Origin: Desulfosudaceae bacterium
GTDB taxonomy: Bacteria > Desulfobacterota > Desulfobacteria > Desulfobacterales > Desulfosudaceae
Direction: 5' to 3'
Assembly (NCBI GenBank): GCA_963674745.2
Contig: CAXXDV010000003.1
Location: forward strand, 2,432,001-2,496,000
DNA length: 64,000 bases
The notes under the pieces were generated by a model, which saw only the letters and a program-made list of their open reading frames with translations, was not told the DNA's origin and searched no databases. Both the position numbers and the translations under genes were made by a program. This document shows, piece by piece, positions 20,877 through 30,089 of the stretch. The first letter of the stretch is position 1; each line of letters begins with the position of its first letter.

Positions 20877-20877
20877 C

Positions 20878-21651
20878 ATGGCGACAGAAAAAGAGCTCAT
20901 GACGTCGAGGATTTTTTTACGTGCCGTTCTGCCGGTGATCAAGGTGCTGGTGGAAGAAGACCCTAAAATCAATAAAAAATTTGCCTCCGTCAGCGCCCGG
21001 GTGCAGTTTGTGGCCAAAGACCCCGCCGGAAGCATCGGTGCCTGTCTGGTATTTGACCAGGGTGATTTTCAGGTCGAGCAGGGCATAACAGACAAGCCGG
21101 ACATCACCTTTTCCTTCGGCAGTGTAGCGGCCATGAATGCCATGTTCGCCGGCAAACCGGCCCTGCCGATGATAAAGGGGTTGTTAAAAGTCGGGCTGCT
21201 GATAAAGGTAATGACCCTGCTGCTGGCTTTAAAACTGCTCATGCCGAACAACCGCCCCACAGACCCTGAAAAAAGACGGCTCAAGGTCAAAATGACCTTC
21301 TACATGATCACCACCGCGCTGTCCCAGTACAACAAAGGCGGAGACCCGGAAATGGTAAAATGGACCGGTTCACAACCGGAGCGCATCTACCAGATCACGG
21401 TTGATGATGATATCGCCGCTTACCTTCGCGTCAAAGCCGGAAAAACCAAAGCCGGTCGGGGAAAATACACCAAGCGACGCCCCTTTATTCACATGAAGTT
21501 TAACGGTGTGGACGGCGCCATGCCGGTCGTCCTGAATGATGTGGATATGGTTACGGCCGTCAAGGAAGGATTTCTGTCGGTTGATGGGCCGCCGGAATAC
21601 GGTCGGGATATCGGTGATTTTATGATGCGCATCCAGAACCTGATTACTTAA
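20878..21651 (+). CDS. Hypothetical protein with probable SCP2-like domains
   Basis: RVQFVA..ACLVFDQGDFQVEQG..KPDITFSF..MNAMFAGK, and a second segment ending DMVTAVKEGFLSVDG. Architecture is similar to 16770-17534. Confidence 0.55.
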   Translation: MATEKELMTSRIFLRAVLPVIKVLVEEDPKINKKFASVSARVQFVAKDPAGSIGACLVFDQGDFQVEQGITDKPDITFSFGSVAAMNAMFAGKPALPMIKGLLKVGLLIKVMTLLLALKLLMPNNRPTDPEKRRLKVKMTFYMITTALSQYNKGGDPEMVKWTGSQPERIYQITVDDDIAAYLRVKAGKTKAGRGKYTKRRPFIHMKFNGVDGAMPVVLNDVDMVTAVKEGFLSVDGPPEYGRDIGDFMMRIQNLIT

Positions 21652-21653
21652 AA

Positions 21654-21829
21654 GGATTCAAGGGTTCGAGGGGGCAAGGGGTCAAGGGGTCAAGGGAAAG
21701 GCTAAAAACAATGAACGGGCGCACACTTGAACGCTCGGTTTATTTCCTGAGTCTTTTTGTGTTTCGTGCATCGGCAGGCAAGTTGCCGCCCCCCCCCTCG
21801 ACCCCTTGAATCCTCGCCCCCCTGAACCC
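21654..21829. repeat. Inverted pair of octamer tandem arrays (GGGGTCAA-like) between convergent genes
   Basis: ggattcaa gggttcga gggggcaa ggggtcaa ggggtcaa (21654-21693) versus tcgacccc ttgaatcc tcgccccc ctgaaccc (21798-21829). Confidence 0.85.
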
Positions 21830-21833
21830 TTTG

Positions 21834-23822
21834 TCACCTGGCGTTGGCGACTGCCGTGACTTTTCCATCGGGTGGCGGCGCAAACCCGGCCGAAGTGGTG
21901 TGGTTGATATAGGCCTTGATACCATTGAGGATACCGTCACAGAGGTGGCGTTGATACTCACGGTCCGTCAGGCGACGGCATTCTTCGCGATTGCTGATAA
22001 AACCCGTTTCTATCAGAATGGACGGCATCTGGGCACCGATCAGCACGTAAAACGGCGCCTGCTTGACCCCTTTATCTTTTATTCGCTTGTACCGCTTTTT
22101 CAAATACCCGCATAAGGCACTCTGCACATATCCGGCCAAACGGCTTGATTCGTTAATCTTCGCGTTCTGCATCAGGTCCTGTAGAATCGTCTGCAAATCG
22201 CTGATATTTTTCTGGGAGGTACTGTTTTCCATGGCCGCCACCCGCATGGCATCTTCGTCGGTGGCCAGGTTCAAGATATACGTCTCAATGCCATAAGCGT
22301 CCCTGGCCCGGCAGGCATTGGTATGAATGGAAATAAACAGGTCGGCGTTCTTCATGTTGGCAATCGCCGTACGTTCTTCCAGGGTCAGAAACTCATCCCC
22401 TTCGCGGGTCATAATGACTTCACAGCCCAGTTCATCCCTGATCCGGTCGGCCAGCATCCGGGACAAATCCAGGACGACTTTCTTCTCATGGATACCCTTT
22501 AAATTACCGGGCGCCCCGCCGTCTTTACCGCCGTGACCGGGATCGATCACGATCCGCCTGACCGTCAAGCCCAGCTGTTTTGCCAGAGACGTTTTTCCGC
22601 TCTCCTCTTTCGCTTGCTTCCGGTCGGCGGCCGTCACAGCAGGCACATCACCCTGATCACCGCTGACATCAATGACGACCCTGAAAGGATCCCGCAGGGA
22701 AAAAATTTTATAATTTTCAAAGGATTTAATATCCACCACGACCCGCACGCAGGTATTCGTGTACTGTCCGGCCCGGATATCTTTCAGCAGATTATCGTCA
22801 ATGGTGACCTGTCGGGATAATTCCTGATGAAGCCGGCTGCCCTTTAAATCGATATACAGACGAGGCGGTTTGCCACTGGCAGCGTCTCTTTTTAACAGAT
22901 TATGCGTAAATTCCGCGGGACCGGTCGTGTCGATGACAACACGGGTATAACTGGGATTGGACCAGTAGCGAAGCTCTTTGACAACAACCGTCTGACCTGA
23001 AGTCGACACTTCTGAAACAGGAAATGGCAGGTCCGTGAACCGGTCATCTTCCGCCGACTCAGATACCGGTTCTTTATCAGGCGTCAAAACGCCGGAAACA
23101 CCGGCGCCAGCTAGGGCGTCGGCTGCTTTCTTATGATACGCGCTCTTAGGAAAATCATCGACGACCTTTTGCAGCAACCGGTTCCCCTCGAGCCGGTCCT
23201 CTTTTTTATAGGAATACTTATAGAGCTCACCATAAAGATTACCGGCCATGTACAGACCTGCAGCCGCCCAGGGGCCGTCCGGATCGGACGAATAAACCCC
23301 ATGAAAGGCGTTGATGCAGTCCAGCCAGTAACAACGGTATTTTTTTCGGCTTTTATTTTTGAGCAGTTTCTGATAGCAGGCGTCCGCCTCAAAATATTCC
23401 TTTTTGATCGTCTTAACATCAACCGCCGGACGATTGTGCCGCGGTGCCTTTTCCATCTTTTCAAGTTGGTTTTTGGCCTTGGCACTGTATGCGCTTTTAG
23501 GATAATCGGCAATGATATTTTGAAAAATATCAGAGGCTTTCCGGAGATCGGCGGTCCGACCGGAATACCTGGAAAGTTTCTGATACAAAAGGCCGGTCCG
23601 GTATAAAGCGGCTGCAGCCCATGGGCCGGATGGATCGGCATCATGAACATCCATATAATTGTTAATGCAGTTCAACCAGTAGGACCGGTACCGTTTGTGT
23701 TTGGGGTTCTGATCCAGGTCTTTGGTGCACCTTTCAGCCTCAAAAAAACGGGTTTTAAGGTTCGGGGATAAAAGCGCACAGGAAAACAGGCCGGAAGCAA
23801 GTAAGCAGATGATCACCAGCAC
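21834..23822 (-). CDS. N-acetylmuramoyl-L-alanine amidase (lipoprotein; duplicated TPR-like domain, AMIN, Amidase_3)
   Basis: IVIDPGHGGKD, FISIHTN, GVKQAPFYVL, ILIETGF. Lipobox-like LFSC. Confidence 0.92.
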   Translation of the reverse strand: MLVIICLLASGLFSCALLSPNLKTRFFEAERCTKDLDQNPKHKRYRSYWLNCINNYMDVHDADPSGPWAAAALYRTGLLYQKLSRYSGRTADLRKASDIFQNIIADYPKSAYSAKAKNQLEKMEKAPRHNRPAVDVKTIKKEYFEADACYQKLLKNKSRKKYRCYWLDCINAFHGVYSSDPDGPWAAAGLYMAGNLYGELYKYSYKKEDRLEGNRLLQKVVDDFPKSAYHKKAADALAGAGVSGVLTPDKEPVSESAEDDRFTDLPFPVSEVSTSGQTVVVKELRYWSNPSYTRVVIDTTGPAEFTHNLLKRDAASGKPPRLYIDLKGSRLHQELSRQVTIDDNLLKDIRAGQYTNTCVRVVVDIKSFENYKIFSLRDPFRVVIDVSGDQGDVPAVTAADRKQAKEESGKTSLAKQLGLTVRRIVIDPGHGGKDGGAPGNLKGIHEKKVVLDLSRMLADRIRDELGCEVIMTREGDEFLTLEERTAIANMKNADLFISIHTNACRARDAYGIETYILNLATDEDAMRVAAMENSTSQKNISDLQTILQDLMQNAKINESSRLAGYVQSALCGYLKKRYKRIKDKGVKQAPFYVLIGAQMPSILIETGFISNREECRRLTDREYQRHLCDGILNGIKAYINHTTSAGFAPPPDGKVTAVANAR

Positions 23823-23848
23823 CGGTAAATATCTTTTCCTGGTCTTGG

Positions 23849-26500
23849 TCAGGCTTTTAATAATTTTTCCGCCTTCAGTTTTAAGTCATTTAAACAATTC
23901 AAGGCCTCCAGTGGCGTCATGGCCGATATATCCAACTGGGACAATATATCAGCCAGCACGTCAGCGGGAGAATCAAAAAATGACATTTGCACGGGGCCTT
24001 TATTCTTTGACCTGGATTTGATCCCGGAAAGGGACTCAAACCCGGCGTCCCCCTGTTCAATATCGAAAAGTATCTCTTTGGCTCGGGTAATGACCGCTGC
24101 GGGAATACCCGCCAGTCTGGCCACCTGAATACCATAGCTGCGGTTGGTGCTGCCTTCGACCAGTCTCCTGAGAAAAATAATATCATCGTTCCACTCTTTA
24201 ACGGCGATATTAAAGTTCTTAACCCGCGGTTTTATCTCGGTCAGTTCCGTCAGTTCGTGATAATGCGTGGCAAACAGCGTCTTGACCCCCCGGCCGTGGT
24301 GCAGATCATGAAGGTATTCGGCCACCGCCCAGGCGATACTCAGGCCGTCGTAAGTACTTGTTCCCCGGCCGATCTCGTCGATAACAACCAGGCTCCGGGA
24401 TGTGGCGTTGTTAATAATATTGGCGGTCTCTTCCATCTCAACCATGAAGGTACTCTGTCCGGAGGCCAGATTGTCCAGGGCACCGACACGGGTAAAAATC
24501 CGGTCAACAATACCCGTCCGATACTTCCTGGCCGGCACGAAGGACCCCATTTGGGCCAGAATGGCGCATAACGCGACCTGTCGTAAAATCGTCGATTTAC
24601 CGGCCATATTCGGGCCGGTAATAATCAGCAGCTGGTTTTCGGTGTCGTCCAGCTTAACGGTATTGGGCACATAACGTTCGGCCGTCAGCACTTTCTCCAC
24701 AACCGGATGACGACCGTCTTCCATGTATATTTCACCATCGTCCGTAATTTCCGGCCGGGTATAATGGTTGTTCACGGCCACGTCGGCCAAGGCGCAGAGA
24801 ACGTCGATTCTGGCGGCAAAAGCCGCGGCTGCGAAAACATACCGGCTGTTTTTTGCCACCCGGTTACGGATATCGTTGAAAATCGACAGTTCAAGTGCCA
24901 GACGCTGTTCCTCGGCACCTAACACAAGGTTTTCAAACTTTTTCAATTCATCGGTAATATAGCGCTCGGCATTGACCAGCGTCTGTTTTCGGACATAATG
25001 ATCCGGAACGGACGACACTTGAGACCTGGGCACTTCAAGGTAATAACCGAAGACCTTGTTGTACCTCACCTTGAGAGTATTAATACCGGTCAGTTCCTTT
25101 TCCCGCGCTTCCATGGCGGCCAGCCGGTTCTTGCTGTCCCGACTGACGGCAATCAGTTCACGCAGTTCAGGGTGGAATTCTTCGCGGATCAGGTTGCCTT
25201 CCTGAATGGTCGGCGGGGCGTCCTCCCTCAGGGCCGCCTCAAGCAGTTCGGAAATACCGGCCAGCGTTTCCTGCTGGTCCACGCTCAGGCAGTCTGCCGG
25301 AGAAAAAAGCGGGCTTTGAAAAACCGCTAATGTCTCAAAAATAAGCGGCAAGGCTTGAAGGGACCGTTTCAAGGCCACCAGGTCACGGGCGTTGGCCCGG
25401 CCCATAACCGCTTTGCTGGTGAGTCGTTCAAGGTCATATACGGACTTTAAGTGTTCTCTGACTTGCCGCCGGACACCGTCCTTGCCGAAGGCTTCGGATA
25501 CGGCATCATAACGGCCAATGACCTTTTCCGCGTCCATCAGGGGATAGTGCAGCCACTGCCGCAGCAACCGGCTGCCCATGGCCGTCACGCAACCATCCAG
25601 AATTTCGACCAGCGTCCCCTGCCTGGACCCGGTCCGCAGGTTATTAAAAAGTTCCAGATTTCGACAGGTCGTATCATCAACCAGCAGGTAATTATCCAGG
25701 CAATAGGTTTCTATTGCCGTAAACTGGGCGGCATCCTGTTTCTGGGTCTGATGCACATAGGACAGAAGGGCACCGGCGGCGGAGACACCGACGGTCAGTT
25801 TTTCGCACCCGAAGCCTTCCAGCGAACGCGTGGCAAACTGCCGGATCAATTTCTCGCGGGCAAAGGAAAATTCGAACTCGGTATCCGGCAAACAGGATAC
25901 GGCTGTTTCGGAAAACAATTCCCGCACAAAGGCAAAGGCCGCATCCGTTTGGGCGGATTCCGGAAGAATGATCTCTTTTGGGCCGATTCGCAGCAGCTCA
26001 TCTCCCACCGCGCGCTTATCGTTTGATTCACAAAGGCGAAAAGAACCGGTGGAAATATCGATGGCGGAAATACCGAACCTATCGTCCCGACGAAAAACGG
26101 CCAGGACATAGTTGTTGCTGTCCTTTTCCAGCAGTTCATTGTCGATGATCATACCCGGCGTGACAACGCGGACCACTTCGCGGTCGACCAGGCCTTTAGC
26201 CGCAGAAGGGTCCTGCACCTGTTCGCAGACAGCGACTTTGAAGCCGTTATCGATCAGTCGGCCGATATAACCGTCGGCGGCCTTGACCGGCACACCGCAC
26301 ATGGGAATGGGGTTGGGATCGTTTTTATTGCGGGAGGTCAGGGTAATTTCCAGGACAGAGGAAGCGGTTTGCGCGTCTTCGAAAAACATCTCGTAGAAGT
26401 CGCCCATCCGGTAAAACAAAATGGCATCCGTGTACTGTTCCTTAATGGAAAGGTACTGCTGCATCATGGGAGTCGCTGCTACAGAGCCCATCACCGACAC
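23849..26500 (-). CDS. mutS: DNA mismatch repair protein MutS
   Basis: TPMMQQY, GDFYEMFFEDA, TGPNMAGKST, DEIGRGTST, FATHYHEL. Start may be 26491. Confidence 0.98.
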   Translation of the reverse strand: MSVMGSVAATPMMQQYLSIKEQYTDAILFYRMGDFYEMFFEDAQTASSVLEITLTSRNKNDPNPIPMCGVPVKAADGYIGRLIDNGFKVAVCEQVQDPSAAKGLVDREVVRVVTPGMIIDNELLEKDSNNYVLAVFRRDDRFGISAIDISTGSFRLCESNDKRAVGDELLRIGPKEIILPESAQTDAAFAFVRELFSETAVSCLPDTEFEFSFAREKLIRQFATRSLEGFGCEKLTVGVSAAGALLSYVHQTQKQDAAQFTAIETYCLDNYLLVDDTTCRNLELFNNLRTGSRQGTLVEILDGCVTAMGSRLLRQWLHYPLMDAEKVIGRYDAVSEAFGKDGVRRQVREHLKSVYDLERLTSKAVMGRANARDLVALKRSLQALPLIFETLAVFQSPLFSPADCLSVDQQETLAGISELLEAALREDAPPTIQEGNLIREEFHPELRELIAVSRDSKNRLAAMEAREKELTGINTLKVRYNKVFGYYLEVPRSQVSSVPDHYVRKQTLVNAERYITDELKKFENLVLGAEEQRLALELSIFNDIRNRVAKNSRYVFAAAAFAARIDVLCALADVAVNNHYTRPEITDDGEIYMEDGRHPVVEKVLTAERYVPNTVKLDDTENQLLIITGPNMAGKSTILRQVALCAILAQMGSFVPARKYRTGIVDRIFTRVGALDNLASGQSTFMVEMEETANIINNATSRSLVVIDEIGRGTSTYDGLSIAWAVAEYLHDLHHGRGVKTLFATHYHELTELTEIKPRVKNFNIAVKEWNDDIIFLRRLVEGSTNRSYGIQVARLAGIPAAVITRAKEILFDIEQGDAGFESLSGIKSRSKNKGPVQMSFFDSPADVLADILSQLDISAMTPLEALNCLNDLKLKAEKLLKA

Positions 26501-26547
26501 ACCCGAACGTTTAACAGTTTACAATCCTCCCGGCATGATGCCGTTCA

Positions 26548-26913
26548 TCAGGAAGAGACCACGGTGCTTTCGTCAACGGTCTCTACGTTTTGCGGCACGG
26601 CTCTAAGCTCGGCCACATCTCTTTCAAGAGCGGTAATCTTTTCACTTGAGTCGGTCACTTCACTGGTCAGCGCCTTTATGGTCCGTCTCGATTGCCAGCG
26701 GCTTCGCAAGGTGGAGATAAAAGCCAGCAGCAGCCCGGCCACAAAGAAAACAAGCAGCAGAATACCATTCTGTATCTCGGGGGTCTGATAGCTGGCAAAC
26801 CACAAATTTAAACCAAACTGATGTTTGACCAAAAGAAACCCCATGTTCTGATAACCGATTATACCAAAAAATACCAGAATGAGAATCAAGATAACCAGTT
26901 TAACCTTTTTCAT
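26548..26913 (-). CDS. LapA/DUF1049-like small membrane protein
   Basis: TM helix, YQN, second TM helix and a C-terminal coiled coil. Confidence 0.7.
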   Translation of the reverse strand: MKKVKLVILILILVFFGIIGYQNMGFLLVKHQFGLNLWFASYQTPEIQNGILLLVFFVAGLLLAFISTLRSRWQSRRTIKALTSEVTDSSEKITALERDVAELRAVPQNVETVDESTVVSS

Positions 26914-27074
26914 GACCACCTCTTTTGCGAGAATTTATTATCCCGACGGGAATCGATCCGGGAAAAAACTCTGGTCGATTTTCGCCTCGGGTTCAATATC
27001 GACTTTAATCTTTTAAACAATATTAACTTTTAGGGAAACCATCAACCTTTTTTTGCGTTCGGGGCAGGCAAGCA

Positions 27075-28250
27075 TCACCCTGGGCCATCCCCTTCCTGCC
27101 AGTCAAGCGTCGGACGCATATCCGGCGGGCACTGGCGGATAAAATACTTGTCGGTCATACCCGCCATGAAATCTCTTACAATCTCGGGCGTTTGATGAGA
27201 TGACAGGTACGATTCGGACATATCTCGCAGAAAATTGGTGAATATGACGGAATCATGATTGACGGTTTCGATATCATTACAGTACCGTTCAAAAAGCATC
27301 ACAAATAAACGGTTAATCGTATCGGAAGCCGCCTTGATCTTCGGATTCTTATAAATACGCTCATAATTAAAGGCTTTCAGCCGGCGCAAAGCATCCGACA
27401 CTTCTTCACTGAAGGCGACGCAGTGATTGTTCATGCTGGTCCTGATAATATCCGTAACCAGTGAATAAACGATCTTGCCGTTGGTGTCGCCCAGTACCTT
27501 GACGCACTTTGCCGGTATGTCCCGGCGGCGGATCAGGTCAAGCCGGATGGCATCTTCAATATCACGCCCGATATAACTGACCGTGTCGGCAAACCGGACG
27601 ACACAACCTTCCAGGGTCATCGGCACCAGTTTTGCTGCGGGATTTTTCTTTTTTTGCGCCATCTCCCGTTCGAGCGTGGCAAAGGTTTTGTCCACTGCCG
27701 GCACAAGGTTGCGGTTATGCACCTCCCCGTCATGGCACAAGATACCGTCCAGGGTCTGCAGACACAGATTGCAGCCTTTGCCTTTCCGCTCAACTTTGTC
27801 CAGGAACTGGACGCTTTGAACATTATGCATGAAATGATCGATACCCGCTTGTTGGCAAAGCCTGGACAGATAGGTTTCGCCCTCGTGCCCGAAAGGCGTA
27901 TGACCGATATCATGTCCCAGCGCGATGGCCTCGATCAAGTCTTCATTCAACTCCAGCAGACGGCCGATCGTCCTGGCGACCCGGGAGACCAGCTGCACGT
28001 GCAGCACCCGGTGCGTGATATGATCGTTCTCGACAAGGTAAAACACCTGCGTTTTGTCAATGTACCGCGTATAGGCCAGCGAATGCAGAATCCGATCCAC
28101 ATCCACGGCAAAAGGTTGGCGATAATCTTCATCTAAAACGGGTTCTTCCCTGCGGCGGGCACTGTCGGCACTGCGGGCGGCAGATGACGATAAAATACAA
28201 CGCTCCCGCTGATTCAGCACATCTCGCATACTGTCCAATAAAGCCGACAT
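27075..28250 (-). CDS. HD-domain dNTP triphosphohydrolase (Dgt-like)
   Basis: DRILHS, KTQVF, LGHDIGHTPFGHEGE, DFMAGMTD. Confidence 0.88.
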   Translation of the reverse strand: MSALLDSMRDVLNQRERCILSSSAARSADSARRREEPVLDEDYRQPFAVDVDRILHSLAYTRYIDKTQVFYLVENDHITHRVLHVQLVSRVARTIGRLLELNEDLIEAIALGHDIGHTPFGHEGETYLSRLCQQAGIDHFMHNVQSVQFLDKVERKGKGCNLCLQTLDGILCHDGEVHNRNLVPAVDKTFATLEREMAQKKKNPAAKLVPMTLEGCVVRFADTVSYIGRDIEDAIRLDLIRRRDIPAKCVKVLGDTNGKIVYSLVTDIIRTSMNNHCVAFSEEVSDALRRLKAFNYERIYKNPKIKAASDTINRLFVMLFERYCNDIETVNHDSVIFTNFLRDMSESYLSSHQTPEIVRDFMAGMTDKYFIRQCPPDMRPTLDWQEGDGPG

Positions 28251-28369
28251 ATAATTGTCCTGCCCGGTAGGTTTGATTTGAATTTAACTTACGGGATATT
28301 AAAGGCTAAGAGGGAAAATGTCAAAAACGTTGTTAAGGGAATCTCTAAAAATACCCTTCATTCTTAATT

Positions 28370-30073
28370 TCAGGGCAGATCCGCTGATGAAATACGCACG
28401 CAATAGCCGGGGCCGACAGGGATATCCTTCAAAAATCGCAGCCGGTATTCATCCGGCATCGACTGACCCGGCGGGAGGTTTCCGGTGGCCGGGTCAGGCC
28501 GCTGCAATACCAGAATATGATTATAATATATCTGCTTTAAGCGGCGCAGTTGTTTCACCCGGCGGCGGGAAAAATCAAAACCAACGGATCCCACTTTGTG
28601 AATAGCATAAAAATTGGGACGGTCCGAGATAATCAGCAGCTTCTCCAGGTCCGGGTCATAGTTGGCTTCGATGTAGTCAAGCACCCGGTTATATTCATAA
28701 GTCATTGATTTCCCCTGGACAAGCATCTGCTTTTCAGCCACCGGCCAATAATGAACAAGTTGAACGACCGCCAGAAAGATGATGACGCCCCGCCAGGGAT
28801 TTTTCGTCCCTGGAAAACAACGGCGAACGGCATAAACCGCGGGGACAACCAGGAAGGGCAAAAAAACCATGGCCAGCCGATTATCGATGTCCGTTGCAAA
28901 GTCGCCCCAGTAGAATGCCGAATAAAGAAGAAAAAGCACTGCAGCGCAGAAAAGTCCGTAAAAAACGGCGGACCGGCTGACGTCATTTATGCGATCCGCC
29001 TTTTGGAACGTCCGCTTAACCAAACTGTACATGCCGACCGCGGCCAGAACGAACAACACCGGCACAAAGCCGTAATCTGAATTAAGCCCGGACAGCACAA
29101 ATATATTGGGTTGAAAATGCTGCGCCAGATTGGCCGGACCGAAAAGCTGGTCCGCCACCTGACGCGTATCACCGGCCAGGACCGCTCCGGAAAAAAAATA
29201 AAGGCGACGCTGCCAGATCAGGGGCAGCAACAGGACCGGGCACAAGAGCGTTGGCAGACGATAGCCAAGAATCATGTCCCGGGAAATAAACCTGGGGGCA
29301 AGCACCACCAGTCCGATGATAAAAACAGCTGATTCATAACGGCAGAAAGCCAGCAATACCAGCGACAGGAAAAGGCGTTCAGCGTGCTCAACCCGGCGGG
29401 TTTTTAAAAAGTCATAAAGCATGACCAGCGTGAAGATAACAAAAAACAGATTCACTAATTCAAAACCGCTGGAGGTTCCCCAGATGAGAAAAATCGGGCA
29501 GGCGGCCGTCAGCAGCACCCCGAGGATACCGTAAAATGGTGAAAAAACGCGGGCGAGCAGGACATATATAAAAAACAGGGCCAAAACACCGGCAACGAAG
29601 TTGACGACAAAACCATTGTACGGGCTGTACCCCAGCAGGGCATGAAGCAATGAAACAAAAAACGGGTAACCCGGAGGACGCTGGTCGATATCACCGGCGT
29701 AATCATATTCGCCGTAATCAAGCGCCAGTCCCTGGAGCGGCACGGAAACGGTTTTGTTTTTATGCATGGCCATGGAAACACCGACCAGGTTGGTCTCATC
29801 CGCCAGAATTTTAAACTGCGGCGGCAAGAGATGAAACACCAGTACCATGACCGCGGCGCAAAGCAGCAGCCCGCCGTAATGGGTCTTGACCAGCGTCCTG
29901 ATCCGACCGCCTGCCGTCCGGATGACGAGCCCGCCCCAGAGGACAAACGCAGCCAATACAAAATAGTAGGCGCTGTGATTGAATACCGGCCTCAGCCACC
30001 GGTGTGGGAAAAAAAAACCTGCCGCAAGTGTTGCGGAAACAACAACGACAAAGAATATGATGCGTCTTGCCAT
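28370..30073 (-). CDS. Polytopic membrane protein, probable GT-C glycosyltransferase
   Basis: Many TM segments, ILADE acidic pair after the first TMs, RPPGYPF, CRYE. Confidence 0.65.
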   Translation of the reverse strand: MARRIIFFVVVVSATLAAGFFFPHRWLRPVFNHSAYYFVLAAFVLWGGLVIRTAGGRIRTLVKTHYGGLLLCAAVMVLVFHLLPPQFKILADETNLVGVSMAMHKNKTVSVPLQGLALDYGEYDYAGDIDQRPPGYPFFVSLLHALLGYSPYNGFVVNFVAGVLALFFIYVLLARVFSPFYGILGVLLTAACPIFLIWGTSSGFELVNLFFVIFTLVMLYDFLKTRRVEHAERLFLSLVLLAFCRYESAVFIIGLVVLAPRFISRDMILGYRLPTLLCPVLLLPLIWQRRLYFFSGAVLAGDTRQVADQLFGPANLAQHFQPNIFVLSGLNSDYGFVPVLFVLAAVGMYSLVKRTFQKADRINDVSRSAVFYGLFCAAVLFLLYSAFYWGDFATDIDNRLAMVFLPFLVVPAVYAVRRCFPGTKNPWRGVIIFLAVVQLVHYWPVAEKQMLVQGKSMTYEYNRVLDYIEANYDPDLEKLLIISDRPNFYAIHKVGSVGFDFSRRRVKQLRRLKQIYYNHILVLQRPDPATGNLPPGQSMPDEYRLRFLKDIPVGPGYCVRISSADLP

Positions 30074-30089
30074 GATCTTCCGGCTCTTT

